A DNA stretch of 64,000 bases, taken from NCBI GenBank assembly GCA_964435795.1, contig CAYTAT010000006.1, forward strand, positions 67,513-131,512, written 5' to 3'. The stretch comes from an uncultured Spirochaetaceae bacterium (lineage in GTDB: Bacteria; Myxococcota_A; UBA9160; UBA4427). The position numbers were made by a program, and so were the translations under genes. The notes beneath the pieces were generated by a model that was not told the DNA's origin, searched no databases, and saw only the letters and a list, made by a program, of their open reading frames with translations. Position 1 is the first letter of the stretch. Every line of letters starts with the position of its first letter. This document shows, one piece after another, positions 8,626-18,374 of this stretch.

Positions 8626-11145
8626 TCATTTCTTCTCGGCACTTTCCGGCTCGGTCTGGACGGATTCCCTGAGTTCGGAGACCGTGATCGTCGGGGAATA
8701 GCCGTAGACCTGAGAGAGCAGCTTGGACACGTTTCGCGCCTTTTCGAGGTCTGTATACGGACCGACGCGCAACTCGAAAGCAAGTCTGCCCGCTCGATCT
8801 CCCGATACGATGGTCCCCTCGTATCCCGCGTCCAGGAGTTCGGTGAGCGCATGCGCGGCCTCTATTTCGTCCTGGTAGAACTTGATGCTGAGACCGTAAT
8901 TGGGAGCGGTGCGGTTGTCGAGTTCCTGCTGTTCGGCCAGTCGCTTCGCTTCTTCTTCTCGCCGCTGCTCTTCGAGTTCGAATTTGCGACGTAGGGGGTA
9001 GCGCCGGGCATGGTCGCGCATCGCATCGAGCACCGGGCTGTAGCTCCGAGTGTCGGCGGAATCCTCACCCTGCTGATCGGTCTCCAGCGTCTCCGGATCT
9101 ACCTCGAACCGTTGACCTACATTGCTTCCGAATTCCTCGCGCTTGCGGATGGCCTCGTACTCCATCTCATCCATATCGCGGATGATATGTGGCGTCAGGA
9201 AGATGAGCAGGTTCTGCTTTCTGAGTTCCTTGCTATTGGATTTGAAGGCCCAGCCGAGTCCTGGGATGTCCCCAAGGAAAGGCACCTTGGATTCACTATC
9301 ATTCCAGTCGTCACTGATCAGGCCGCCGATGACTACGGTCTCTCCGTCCTTGACGACCACGGTATTTTCGACTGCCCTGTTGCGAAGGGCCACGCCGACC
9401 TGTTCGGAGTCTCCCACGTCGGCCTGAATGTCCTTGTTGATCTTCGTGACCTCCTGGAAGATCTTCAGCCTCAGGGTGTCCCCCTCGCTGATCTGGGGAG
9501 TCACCCGGAGGGTGACTCCCGTATCATGGCGCTCGATGTTCACAGAACTGGAAAGACCTGCCGTATTGCCGGTTGCGGAGTTGACTCGACTGGTGATGAT
9601 CGGAATGTTGTCACCGATTCGGATCTCGGCTTCTTCATTATCGGAGGTGAGGATGTGGGGTGCTGAGACGATGTTGAACTTGGTGTCGTCGGCTTTGGCC
9701 TTGATGACCGCGTTGTAGTCTTTTGCATTTTGTCCCGCTTCGGCGTTGCCTTCGTCGTCGACGATGATGTTGTTCTGGATGAAGCTCGCAATCTCGGGTG
9801 CCGACCCTACCGCTGCGCCGGCGGTAGAGAAGAAGAATTGCTCATTTCCATTGATGGCGTTGACGGTCCATTCCAGGCCGAGGTCGAGTGTGTCTGTGAT
9901 ATCGACTTCGACGATGAGCGCCTCGACGAGAACCTGGGGGCGTGGGATATCGAGTTTCCTGATGACGGCGACCAGGGCCTCGTAGGCCTCTTTGCTCGCT
10001 TGGATCACCAGGGAATTGGTGGACGGATCGGCACTGAGAGTGATCCCCTCGGCCAGGGCTGTTACCTGGGAGCGCAGGTTCTGGGGCTGCCCGCCCGCAG
10101 AGCCCGTGCGCCCCGGCGTGGCGGTAGAGCGGGACTGGCCCGAGAGCATGTCGCTGAGAGTCTTGGAGAGTTCCTCGGAGTCGGCGTATTTGAGGTAGTA
10201 GACGTGGATTCGCCCGCCTCCGATCAGGGGGATGTCGAGCTTTCTCACCAATTCGCGGATTTCTTCTACAGAAGTCCGGGAGGCGAGTATGAGCAGCGAA
10301 TTCGTGCGCTCGTCGGTCATGATGCGTACTTTGGATTGGGGGGAACCCGGCGCTGTGGCCGGGGTGGTCGTTGTGCGCCGGGAGGAAGAACTGCGCCGAG
10401 CGCGAGACGCCGAACTCGTCTTGACCCCGGTAGAACTCACGTCCGCGCCGTAGATTTCCGAGATCTGCTCGGCCAGTGTGGTGGCATCGGCGTATTCCAC
10501 CTTGATGACGACCAATTCCTCCTTGTAGGTCTTGACATCGATCGCTTCCAGGATCGAGAGGAGCCGCCTGATATTGGCTTCGGTATCCGTCAGAATGATG
10601 GTATTGGTGGGCGCGTAGGCGACCATCGACGCATCTTTGGAGACCAGGGGCTTGATGGTATTCGTGATCGCCTCGGCATCGATATAGAGGAGGGGGACCA
10701 GGCGGGTGACGAATGTGTCGCGATTGGGACTGGGCCGATCGTCCTTGATGATATTGATGCTCGATTCCTTGGCATCCCTCACGGGGACGATTTTGAGGAT
10801 CTCGCCGGGCCCGGGCACCGCGGTAAAGCCCTTGATCTTCAGGACGGATTCGAAGACCGCAAAGGCCTGGGCCACCGTGACTTCTGATGGAGAGATGATC
10901 GTCACGCGACCCCGAACACGATCATCGTAGATGAAATTCTGTCCCGTAATCCTCGCGATGGTCTCGATGACGACCGCCAATTCGACATCCTTGAAGTCGA
11001 GTTGAACCAGTTCCGTGCCCTGGCTGAACCTCTTGTCCGCCCCGACTCCTGCGCCGCGTTGCTGGGCGGAACCATCGCCAGCAAGCAGGCCGATGGCCAC
11101 GGCACACATCAAGACAGGCCCTATTCGGCCACTCACCCTCCGCAT
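8626..11145 (-). CDS. gspD: Type II secretion secretin GspD with C-terminal SPOR-like extension
   Basis: Signal peptide, N0-N3 domains, and a secretin core (VPFLGDIPGLGWAFK...LLIFLTPHIIRD). ATG 11145 is preceded by GGAGGAA. C-terminal tail described in findings. Confidence 0.95.
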   Translation of the reverse strand: MRRVSGRIGPVLMCAVAIGLLAGDGSAQQRGAGVGADKRFSQGTELVQLDFKDVELAVVIETIARITGQNFIYDDRVRGRVTIISPSEVTVAQAFAVFESVLKIKGFTAVPGPGEILKIVPVRDAKESSINIIKDDRPSPNRDTFVTRLVPLLYIDAEAITNTIKPLVSKDASMVAYAPTNTIILTDTEANIRRLLSILEAIDVKTYKEELVVIKVEYADATTLAEQISEIYGADVSSTGVKTSSASRARRSSSSRRTTTTPATAPGSPQSKVRIMTDERTNSLLILASRTSVEEIRELVRKLDIPLIGGGRIHVYYLKYADSEELSKTLSDMLSGQSRSTATPGRTGSAGGQPQNLRSQVTALAEGITLSADPSTNSLVIQASKEAYEALVAVIRKLDIPRPQVLVEALIVEVDITDTLDLGLEWTVNAINGNEQFFFSTAGAAVGSAPEIASFIQNNIIVDDEGNAEAGQNAKDYNAVIKAKADDTKFNIVSAPHILTSDNEEAEIRIGDNIPIITSRVNSATGNTAGLSSSVNIERHDTGVTLRVTPQISEGDTLRLKIFQEVTKINKDIQADVGDSEQVGVALRNRAVENTVVVKDGETVVIGGLISDDWNDSESKVPFLGDIPGLGWAFKSNSKELRKQNLLIFLTPHIIRDMDEMEYEAIRKREEFGSNVGQRFEVDPETLETDQQGEDSADTRSYSPVLDAMRDHARRYPLRRKFELEEQRREEEAKRLAEQQELDNRTAPNYGLSIKFYQDEIEAAHALTELLDAGYEGTIVSGDRAGRLAFELRVGPYTDLEKARNVSKLLSQVYGYSPTITVSELRESVQTEPESAEKK

Positions 11146-11164
11146 TGATTCCTCCACGGGATCA

Positions 11165-12082
11165 CTACTGGTCTCCCGATATCAGTTCGTTCAGCATCGC
11201 TGGGTCGGCTCTGATCTCACGCGTGGCCCCGTTGGCCCCCGTCACTTCCGCCACCAATTCGTCGGCAGAACTGAAAGCTTCGAGAAGTTGCTTGCTGGCG
11301 GTCGGGTTGTCGATGGTAATTCCATTGACGGAGGTCAGGATATCGCCATCCTGCATGCCGATTTTTTCGTAGAAGCTATCGGCCTTGATCTGCCGGACCT
11401 CGAGTCCCACCATCTTCCCCGCTTCGAATTTTGGAAGGATTCGCGCTTCGGAGAGAAGTTTCGAAGTGCTGCGATCCCCGGCGCTATTCGCGAGTTCCTT
11501 CAGCCGCTCCTCGGCCGAATCCGGCTTGCCGCGAGCGGGGTGTCGTCTTCGGCTGCTTCGCCTGGGGGCGGACTTCCTGATGGTCGGCGCCAGGTTGTTG
11601 TCCTTGTCGAGGAGTAGTTCCTCGCGCTGGGCCCCATTCTGCAGGATGACGCGGCCGCGGTCGATGCGGGAGACGACGACCTTGGTGTATTCGGCAAGGG
11701 TATCACCCACTTTGAGGATCTGATGAAGTCGTTTCTGGGTATTTTCGACCGCGGCGCTGGCAACCAGTTGATCTTCGGAGGAGATGGTGCCGAGTAATTT
11801 GAGGGGGAGTCGGGTCTTCTCCAATTCCTCGAGCAACTCGGGCTCGGGCTCCGCTTCGACTTCCACGGCGACGACTTGGGCGCCGAAAAGATTGCGGTCC
11901 AGAATCTTCTTGCGTTCCTGCCAGGAAGGTTGGCTGACAGGCGGGGGCGCGACCCGGCCCACGGTCACCGCTCCGTCAGGGACCAGGCGAGGGATGCCCG
12001 CTTTGTTGATGATGTCAGCCACCAGGAAACAGCCCAGTACGAAGAGCGCTGTATTGGCAAGCCGGATGCCGAGAATGGACAT
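11165..12082 (-). CDS. gspC: Type II secretion protein GspC (N-terminal TM + PDZ domain)
   Basis: N-terminal TM (ALFVLGCFLVADIINKAG). C-terminal PDZ-like segment (GLEVRQIKADSFYEKIGMQDGDILTSVNGITIDNP). First gene of the cluster. GGAGAAAG RBS. Confidence 0.8.
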   Translation of the reverse strand: MSILGIRLANTALFVLGCFLVADIINKAGIPRLVPDGAVTVGRVAPPPVSQPSWQERKKILDRNLFGAQVVAVEVEAEPEPELLEELEKTRLPLKLLGTISSEDQLVASAAVENTQKRLHQILKVGDTLAEYTKVVVSRIDRGRVILQNGAQREELLLDKDNNLAPTIRKSAPRRSSRRRHPARGKPDSAEERLKELANSAGDRSTSKLLSEARILPKFEAGKMVGLEVRQIKADSFYEKIGMQDGDILTSVNGITIDNPTASKQLLEAFSSADELVAEVTGANGATREIRADPAMLNELISGDQ

Positions 12083-12703
12083 TCGGTGGCTTTCTCCCCA
12101 TCTTTGCTCTTGGGCGGCTTGAATGACTCCGTTCCACCCTGATTCTACTCGACCGAAAGCGACTTCCCGTATCCCGGAATCCTCCGGCGGGCCCCACGAG
12201 TCCCGCTCCGAATGGGATGCGGAATCCGGTTGCCTTCACTTCCCGGCCCAGAACTCCCCCCCTTCGAGGTTCTCGCCCGAGTTTCCATGCTGCCCTCCGC
12301 CTCTTCGCTTGGGGAAGCGCGCAGAACATAGCCCCCCGGGCGGCGCGCATCCAATTGAAACGTGCCGTAAATTCAAAGAGTTAGTGCCTTTGACCGCAAA
12401 AGGGGAGCCGTCGGCCCGGAACTGGCCCCACCATTGGAATTGCAGAACCCGTCTACTGAGGACTCGTTCCGAACGCAAATTTCCCTCGCTCCCCACGGGG
12501 GACATGGACCGGTCGGGGCTTTCCGGCTCCTTCGAATGATTGAATTGCAGCCGGGAAGTTGACACGGTGCCGATCGGTTCGAGCTTAGCTGACGATTCGG
12601 GTGGTGATCCGGCTCGTCGGCTGCGCAGGGTGTGCGACCCGGCCGATCGAAAACTCGGCGGTTTATTTACAGATTCAGTTCTGTTCTTTCAAGGAAGGGC
12701 GAC

Positions 12704-14611
12704 ATGGCGGATTCAGGAAAAGTCATCGGCATCGATCTGGGCACTACAAATTCCGTGGTTGCGGTGATGGAGGGCGGGCAACCGACGGTGATTGCCAACG
12801 AGGAAGGCGGGCGGACGACTCCCTCCGTGGTGGGCTTCTCGGACGATGGAGAGCGTCTGGTGGGTGCGATCGCCAAGCGGCAGGCCGTCACCAATCCCGA
12901 AAAGACGATCTACTCGATCAAGCGCTTCATCGGTCGCCGCCTTCCCGAGGTGCCGGAAGAGACCCGCCTGGTTCCCTATTCGATCGTTACCGGAAAAGAG
13001 GGAAGCGTCGCGGTTCAGGTGGACGACAAGCAGTTCACGCCGCCCGAGATCTCGGCCATGACCCTGGCCAAGCTGAAGGCTTCTGCGGAAGCGCATCTCG
13101 GGGCCGAGGTGAATGGGGCCGTGATCACCGTGCCCGCCTATTTCAACGATGCCCAGCGCCAGGCCACCAAGGATGCCGGAAAAATTGCGGGGCTCGACGT
13201 AAAGCGCATCATCAACGAGCCCACGGCGGCCGCGCTCGCCTATGGGCTCGACAAGCAGGACGATGAGAAGATCGCGGTCTACGATTTCGGGGGGGGGACA
13301 TTCGATATTTCCATCCTCGAGGTGGGTGAGAACGTGGTCGAGGTGAAATCCACCAATGGCGACACGCACCTGGGGGGTGACAATCTCGACCATCGCATCA
13401 TCGAGTACCTGGTCGAAGAGTTCAAAAAGGATCAGGGAATCGATCTCACGCAGGATCCGATGGCCGTGCAGCGACTGCGAGAAGGTGCCGAGAAGGCGAA
13501 GATGGAGCTTTCGACCGCTCAGGCGAGCGATATCAATCTTCCCTACATCACGGCGGATCAGACGGGACCAAAACACCTCACTCTGAAGCTGACTCGGGCA
13601 AAATTTGAGCAACTGATCGATGATCTCGTCGAGCGCACCCTCGAGCCGTGCCGAAAAGCGCTTTCCGACGCGGGCCTCAAGGCGAGTGAGATCGACGAAG
13701 TGGTGCTGGTGGGCGGCTCGACTCGGGTGCCCCTCGTCCGGCAGAAGGTCCAGGAACTCTTCGGGAAAGAGCCCAACCAGACCGTCAATCCGGATGAGGT
13801 CGTGGCGGTGGGAGCCGCCGTCCAGGGGGGCGTGCTGGCGGGAGACGTCAAGGATGTTCTGCTGCTCGATGTCACCCCCCTTTCTCTTGGCATCGAAACC
13901 CTGGGTGGGGTCACCACCAAACTCATCGAGCGGAATACGACAATTCCCACCAAGGCGCAGAACGTCTTCTCGACGGCTGCAGATAGCCAACCCCAGGTGG
14001 AAATTCGGGTGCTTCAGGGCGAAAGAGAAATGGCGACGGACAACCGCGAGTTGGGTCGTTTCATTCTCGACGGGATTCCTCCGGCTCCCCGCGGGATTCC
14101 GCAAATCGAGGTGACCTTCGATATCAATGCCGATGGCATCCTTTCGGTGACGGCGAGCGATAAGGCGACCGGAAAGGATCAGTCGATTCGAATCGAGGGC
14201 AGCGGAGGCCTCTCGAATGATGAGATCAATCGAATGGTGGTCGATGCGGAATCCCACGCCGGCGAGGATTCCGAACGGCGTGAGAAGATCGAGAAGCACA
14301 ATCAGCTCGACAGCATGATCTACCAGGCCGAGAAGATGCTCGCCGACAACGCTGAGAAATTGCCCGAATCCGAGAAGGGTTCACTCCAGACGGCGATCGC
14401 CGAGGCGAAACAGGATCTGGAGAGCGACGAACTGGCGCGCATGGATGCGGCCAACCAGCGAATCGAGTCGGAACTCCATAAGATCGCGGAGGCCCTCTAC
14501 AAGACCGAAGCCGCGGAAGCGGAGGCGCATCCGGCGGGGGATACCGCCCAGACCCAGGATGAGGAAGAAGTGATCGACGCCGAATACACCGAGGAAAGAG
14601 ACAATTCCTGA
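12704..14611 (+). CDS. dnaK: Molecular chaperone DnaK (Hsp70)
   Basis: [29 protein letters not shown], and full-length Hsp70 collinearity. ATG at 12704. Confidence 0.98.
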   Translation: MADSGKVIGIDLGTTNSVVAVMEGGQPTVIANEEGGRTTPSVVGFSDDGERLVGAIAKRQAVTNPEKTIYSIKRFIGRRLPEVPEETRLVPYSIVTGKEGSVAVQVDDKQFTPPEISAMTLAKLKASAEAHLGAEVNGAVITVPAYFNDAQRQATKDAGKIAGLDVKRIINEPTAAALAYGLDKQDDEKIAVYDFGGGTFDISILEVGENVVEVKSTNGDTHLGGDNLDHRIIEYLVEEFKKDQGIDLTQDPMAVQRLREGAEKAKMELSTAQASDINLPYITADQTGPKHLTLKLTRAKFEQLIDDLVERTLEPCRKALSDAGLKASEIDEVVLVGGSTRVPLVRQKVQELFGKEPNQTVNPDEVVAVGAAVQGGVLAGDVKDVLLLDVTPLSLGIETLGGVTTKLIERNTTIPTKAQNVFSTAADSQPQVEIRVLQGEREMATDNRELGRFILDGIPPAPRGIPQIEVTFDINADGILSVTASDKATGKDQSIRIEGSGGLSNDEINRMVVDAESHAGEDSERREKIEKHNQLDSMIYQAEKMLADNAEKLPESEKGSLQTAIAEAKQDLESDELARMDAANQRIESELHKIAEALYKTEAAEAEAHPAGDTAQTQDEEEVIDAEYTEERDNS

Positions 14612-14630
14612 TCGCGATCGTGACAATCCC

Positions 14631-15002
14631 ATGGCCGAACTCTACGGAGAGTTCCCCGATCGGCTGCGTGGCAATAGCTGGCAGCCCGCGGTGGACATCT
14701 TTGAAACCGGGGATGCCGTGGTTGCGAGGGTCGAACTTCCCGGCGTGAATGGGGGAGATATTCGCGTCAATGTGGACGAAGATTTTCTGCTGATCAGCGG
14801 CATGCGCAGGTTGCCCCCGGGAGCGGATGAGGGAAGGCTTCACCAGATGGAGATCTCATTCGGCCCCTTTCAGCGCAGGGTGAGGATTTCCATTCCCTTC
14901 GAACGGGATGGTGTGAGTGCTCATCTTGAAGATGGCTTCCTCTCGGTCAGCCTGCCCAAGGTGAAACCCAAACGGCATAGCGTGAAAGTGGATACGGAAT
15001 GA
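14631..15002 (+). CDS. Small heat-shock protein, Hsp20/alpha-crystallin family
   Basis: WQPAVDIFETGDAVVARVELPGVNGGDIRVNVDEDFLLISG, a typical alpha-crystallin domain. 19 nt after dnaK. Confidence 0.9.
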   Translation: MAELYGEFPDRLRGNSWQPAVDIFETGDAVVARVELPGVNGGDIRVNVDEDFLLISGMRRLPPGADEGRLHQMEISFGPFQRRVRISIPFERDGVSAHLEDGFLSVSLPKVKPKRHSVKVDTE

Positions 15003-17479
15003 GCGAAGAGCAAGAAGAAAGTGATCAGGAAATCTCGGAAGAGGAGTCGATTGCAGCCGAGTCGAGCCCCGTTACGGGCGGTCTGGAAATTCGAGTTGGC
15101 TCCGGAGCCGGCGAGGGTGAGGAGCCGGACCTCCCGGATCTACCCGATCAGCTGCCCGTTTTGCCCCTCAAGAATACCGTGCTCTTTCCCTTTCTCCTTT
15201 CCCCCCTTCTGGTCAATACTCCCGCCTCCCGAGAGTTGATCGATGCGGTGTTGGTACGGCCCGACCGTCTTCTGGTCTGCGCGGCGATTCGTCGCGAGTT
15301 GGAAGGCCCGCCCATGGGCGACGATGTCTTCAAGGTCGGCTCGGCATTGCGCGTCGTCAAGATGCTGAAATTCCCCGATGGATCCTATCGACTCCTGGTG
15401 CAGGGGGTGGCGCGAGTGGCCATCGATGAGGTCGTTTCGGAGACGCCCTATCTGCAGGCGCGGATCCACAGCCTCGAGGATGAAGGCGATCTGGATTCGG
15501 TTGAGGTGGAGGCGTTGGAGAGGAGCGTATCCCAGCAATTCGCGACCCTGGTGGCCGAGAGTTCGCGTCTTTCGGACGACCTGCAGGTTCTGGTCGCGAA
15601 TCTCGAAGATTCGTCCAAGCTCGCGGATCTCGTCGCATCAAACCTGGAACTGGATGTCTCCGGCAAACAGGAAGTCCTCGAATCCTTGAATGTACCGGAG
15701 CGTTTGCGCCTGGTTCTCGGTCAGTTGACCAAGGAGGGCCAGGCCCTCGAGATCGAGACCGAGATCAAGGAAAAAGTCCAGAGCGAGATGGGGAAGACGC
15801 AAAAGGAATACATTCTCCGTCAACAGCTCGAGGCCATTCGCCGCGAATTGGGTGAGAGCGAAGAGGGCGAGGAGGGTGTGGGTCCGCTCAGGGAAAAGAT
15901 CGAGAGCTCGGGAATGCCCGAGGAAGCCAATAAACAGGCCTCTCGCGAGGTCGAGCGACTTTCCCAGATGCCGCCGGCGGCCGCCGAACATGCGGTGATT
16001 CGAACCTATCTCGAGTGGATGACCGAACTGCCCTGGGCCGAATTGAGCGAGGATTGTCTCGATGTTCACGAGGCGCGGAAGATCCTCGATGAAGATCATT
16101 ATGGGCTCGAGAAAGTGAAGGATCGCATTGTCGAGTACATCGCCGTGCTCTCTCTCAAAAAGGATTTGAAGGGGCCGATCCTATGCTTCGTGGGTCCACC
16201 AGGGACGGGCAAGACATCCCTGGGGCGATCGATCGCACGCGCCCTCGACCGCCAATTCGAGCGGATGTCTCTCGGCGGAGTTCGCGATGAAGCGGAAATT
16301 CGCGGGCATAGAAGGACCTACGTGGGGGCCATGCCCGGACGGGTGATTCAGGCGTTGCGCAAGGTGGGAACGCGAAATCCAGTGATCGTGCTCGACGAAA
16401 TCGACAAGGTGGGATCGGATGGGCGGGGCGATCCGTCATCGGCTCTGCTGGAGGTCCTCGATCCCGAGCAGAATTCGGAATTCAGCGATCATTACCTCGA
16501 AGTGCCTTTTGATCTCTCCCAGGTCCTCTTCATCGCGACCGCCAACATCACTGATCCGATACCCGCACCTCTTCGGGATCGGATGGAAGTGATCGAATTG
16601 CCCGGTTATACCCTTGAGGAAAAGGTGGAGATTGCAAAGCAATTCCTGCTCCCGAGGCAGATCGAAAACAATGGTATCGGGGGAGTGGATTTCGAGCTTT
16701 CGGAGAAGGCCCTGATCCGCCTGATCGAGCGCTATACGCGGGAGGCCGGGGTTCGAAACCTGGAGCGTGAGCTGGGGGCTATCTGTAGAAAGGTCGCCCG
16801 ACGAGTTGCCGAGGGTGAAGAGGTCGATAATTATCGCGTGAGCCCCGAAGACCTGGTGGATTTCCTGGGGCCCAGGAAGTTCGAACCCGAGGTCGCAGAG
16901 GACGATTCAATCCCGGGTGTGGCGATGGGCATGGCCTGGACTCCGGCCGGCGGCGATATCCTATTCGTCGAATCCAGTCGGATGCCCGGAAGTGGACAGC
17001 TGAAGCTGACGGGATCGCTCGGGGACGTGATGAGGGAATCAGCGGAAGCGGCTCGTTCCTGGCTCCGTAGCAATGCCGATGACTTCGCACTCGATTGTGA
17101 GAAGGACTTCGATGAACGCGATGTCCACCTCCATGTTCCGTCGGGTGCGGTCGAGAAGGATGGACCCTCGGCTGGAGTGGCGATGGTCGCGTCCCTGGCC
17201 TCGGTGCTGATGGGTCGTAGAACTCGCCCGAGGACGGCCATGACCGGAGAGATTACTCTGCGGGGCAAGGTCCTCGCGGTTGGCGGAATCAAGGAGAAGG
17301 TGCTCGCGGCCAAGCGGGCCGGCATCGAGCGCGTGGTACTGCCAGAGGAGAATCGGCGCGACGTCGAAGAAATCTCAGCGGAGTTGCTGGAAGGGCTCGA
17401 GCTCAACTATGTGGGGACCATAAGCGATGCGCTTCTTCACACGATTCAGGATGGATCGGCGCATATTCCCGCGGCCTGA
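14999..17479 (+). CDS. lon: ATP-dependent Lon protease (paralog 1)
   Basis: LON N-domain (LPVLPLKNTVLFPF), Walker A GPPGTGKTS, and protease motif DGPSAGVAM. 4-nt overlap with the hsp20 stop. Acidic N-terminal extension. Confidence 0.97.
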   Translation: MSEEQEESDQEISEEESIAAESSPVTGGLEIRVGSGAGEGEEPDLPDLPDQLPVLPLKNTVLFPFLLSPLLVNTPASRELIDAVLVRPDRLLVCAAIRRELEGPPMGDDVFKVGSALRVVKMLKFPDGSYRLLVQGVARVAIDEVVSETPYLQARIHSLEDEGDLDSVEVEALERSVSQQFATLVAESSRLSDDLQVLVANLEDSSKLADLVASNLELDVSGKQEVLESLNVPERLRLVLGQLTKEGQALEIETEIKEKVQSEMGKTQKEYILRQQLEAIRRELGESEEGEEGVGPLREKIESSGMPEEANKQASREVERLSQMPPAAAEHAVIRTYLEWMTELPWAELSEDCLDVHEARKILDEDHYGLEKVKDRIVEYIAVLSLKKDLKGPILCFVGPPGTGKTSLGRSIARALDRQFERMSLGGVRDEAEIRGHRRTYVGAMPGRVIQALRKVGTRNPVIVLDEIDKVGSDGRGDPSSALLEVLDPEQNSEFSDHYLEVPFDLSQVLFIATANITDPIPAPLRDRMEVIELPGYTLEEKVEIAKQFLLPRQIENNGIGGVDFELSEKALIRLIERYTREAGVRNLERELGAICRKVARRVAEGEEVDNYRVSPEDLVDFLGPRKFEPEVAEDDSIPGVAMGMAWTPAGGDILFVESSRMPGSGQLKLTGSLGDVMRESAEAARSWLRSNADDFALDCEKDFDERDVHLHVPSGAVEKDGPSAGVAMVASLASVLMGRRTRPRTAMTGEITLRGKVLAVGGIKEKVLAAKRAGIERVVLPEENRRDVEEISAELLEGLELNYVGTISDALLHTIQDGSAHIPAA

Positions 17480-17501
17480 TCCGCTGCGTAACGCGCTCCT
17501 C

Positions 17502-18371
17502 ATGCCGAGCAGCAAAGGGCGGAGCCCATTGCTGGGCTTTGCCCTTTTGATTCTTCTCTCCGGCTGTGTGACGAACTCAGAACACCAGATGGTGGTCAGC
17601 GAGAAGGAGGTTCTGCTGGGTCGCAGCCGGGATCAGGCGATCCGGATCCGCCGCCTGGAAGAGAGCGAGACCAGCCTGGCGGACGAACTCGCTCGCACGC
17701 TCGAGGAGTATGAGGATCTGAGGGTCGAATTTCAGCAGCTCCAGGCTCTAATGGAAGAACTCCGCCTCTCGGAATCGAAATTGAGCGCTGATCTCGAGTC
17801 GAGAGGCGAGGCGTTGGAGTTGACCGAGCAGAAACTACGACAGGCCCGGACAGAGGTGGCCCGACTCGCGGAGACCTATACGAGTCTGATGTCGGATCTG
17901 GAGGCCGAAGTTTCGAGCGGACAGATCGAGATTGAACAGCTGAGGGAGGGGCTCCTGGTATCGGTTTCGGATGACATCCTTTTCGCCTCGGGATCGGCTC
18001 GCTTGGATCCGACAGGGCGAAGCGTATTGGAAAAACTCTCGAGTCAGCTGAAGACGGTCGATCACCTGATCGAGGTGCAGGGGCATACGGACGGTCATGC
18101 CATTGGGGGTAGCCTCGCGGGCAGATACGCCAGCAACTGGGAGTTGGCCGCGGCCAGGGCCGCTCTCGTCGTTCGTCTGATCGAGGAGGGTGGGGTTTCG
18201 GGCGAAAGGCTCCGAGTCGTATCGTTTGCTTCCTACAGGCCGATTGTTCCGAATGACTCCCCCGAGAACCGTGCCCAGAATCGTCGAATCGAGATTCGCC
18301 TGCGCCCTCGTCGCCCCCCAGCCTCGGATGATCCTGCGGATGGGAATTCCGAGACTGTCGTCGGCCACTGA
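17502..18371 (+). CDS. OmpA/MotB-domain lipoprotein with coiled-coil segment
   Basis: Lipobox LLSGC. Heptad-rich central region. C-terminal OmpA-like motif (FASGSARLDPTG...NWELAAARAALV...NRRIEIRL). Confidence 0.85.
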   Translation: MPSSKGRSPLLGFALLILLSGCVTNSEHQMVVSEKEVLLGRSRDQAIRIRRLEESETSLADELARTLEEYEDLRVEFQQLQALMEELRLSESKLSADLESRGEALELTEQKLRQARTEVARLAETYTSLMSDLEAEVSSGQIEIEQLREGLLVSVSDDILFASGSARLDPTGRSVLEKLSSQLKTVDHLIEVQGHTDGHAIGGSLAGRYASNWELAAARAALVVRLIEEGGVSGERLRVVSFASYRPIVPNDSPENRAQNRRIEIRLRPRRPPASDDPADGNSETVVGH

Positions 18372-18374
18372 GGG

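Noticed and set aside
12083-12703. Searched the 620-bp gspC/dnaK divergent region for CIRCE, sigma-32 and sigma-54 elements. It contains the repeated motif TTG(G)AATTGCAG and a TTGACA hexamer.
   Set aside because: No TTAGCACTC-N9-GAGTGCTAA, no CCCCAT -10 element, and the TGG/TGC spacing is wrong for sigma-54. Only weak sigma-70-like hexamers were found, so no element is called.
13289-13297. G9 run inside dnaK as a possible frameshift or phase-variation site. Similar 9-10-nt G/C runs occur in the gspK, acylase and GT4 genes.
   Set aside because: The reading frames stay intact through all of them. They encode conserved Gly-Gly-Gly motifs such as DFGGGTFD.
12713-14299. 528-aa minus-strand ORF opposite dnaK
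   Set aside because: This is the well-known shadow frame of dnaK. It has no recognisable domains, and dnaK on the plus strand is unambiguous.
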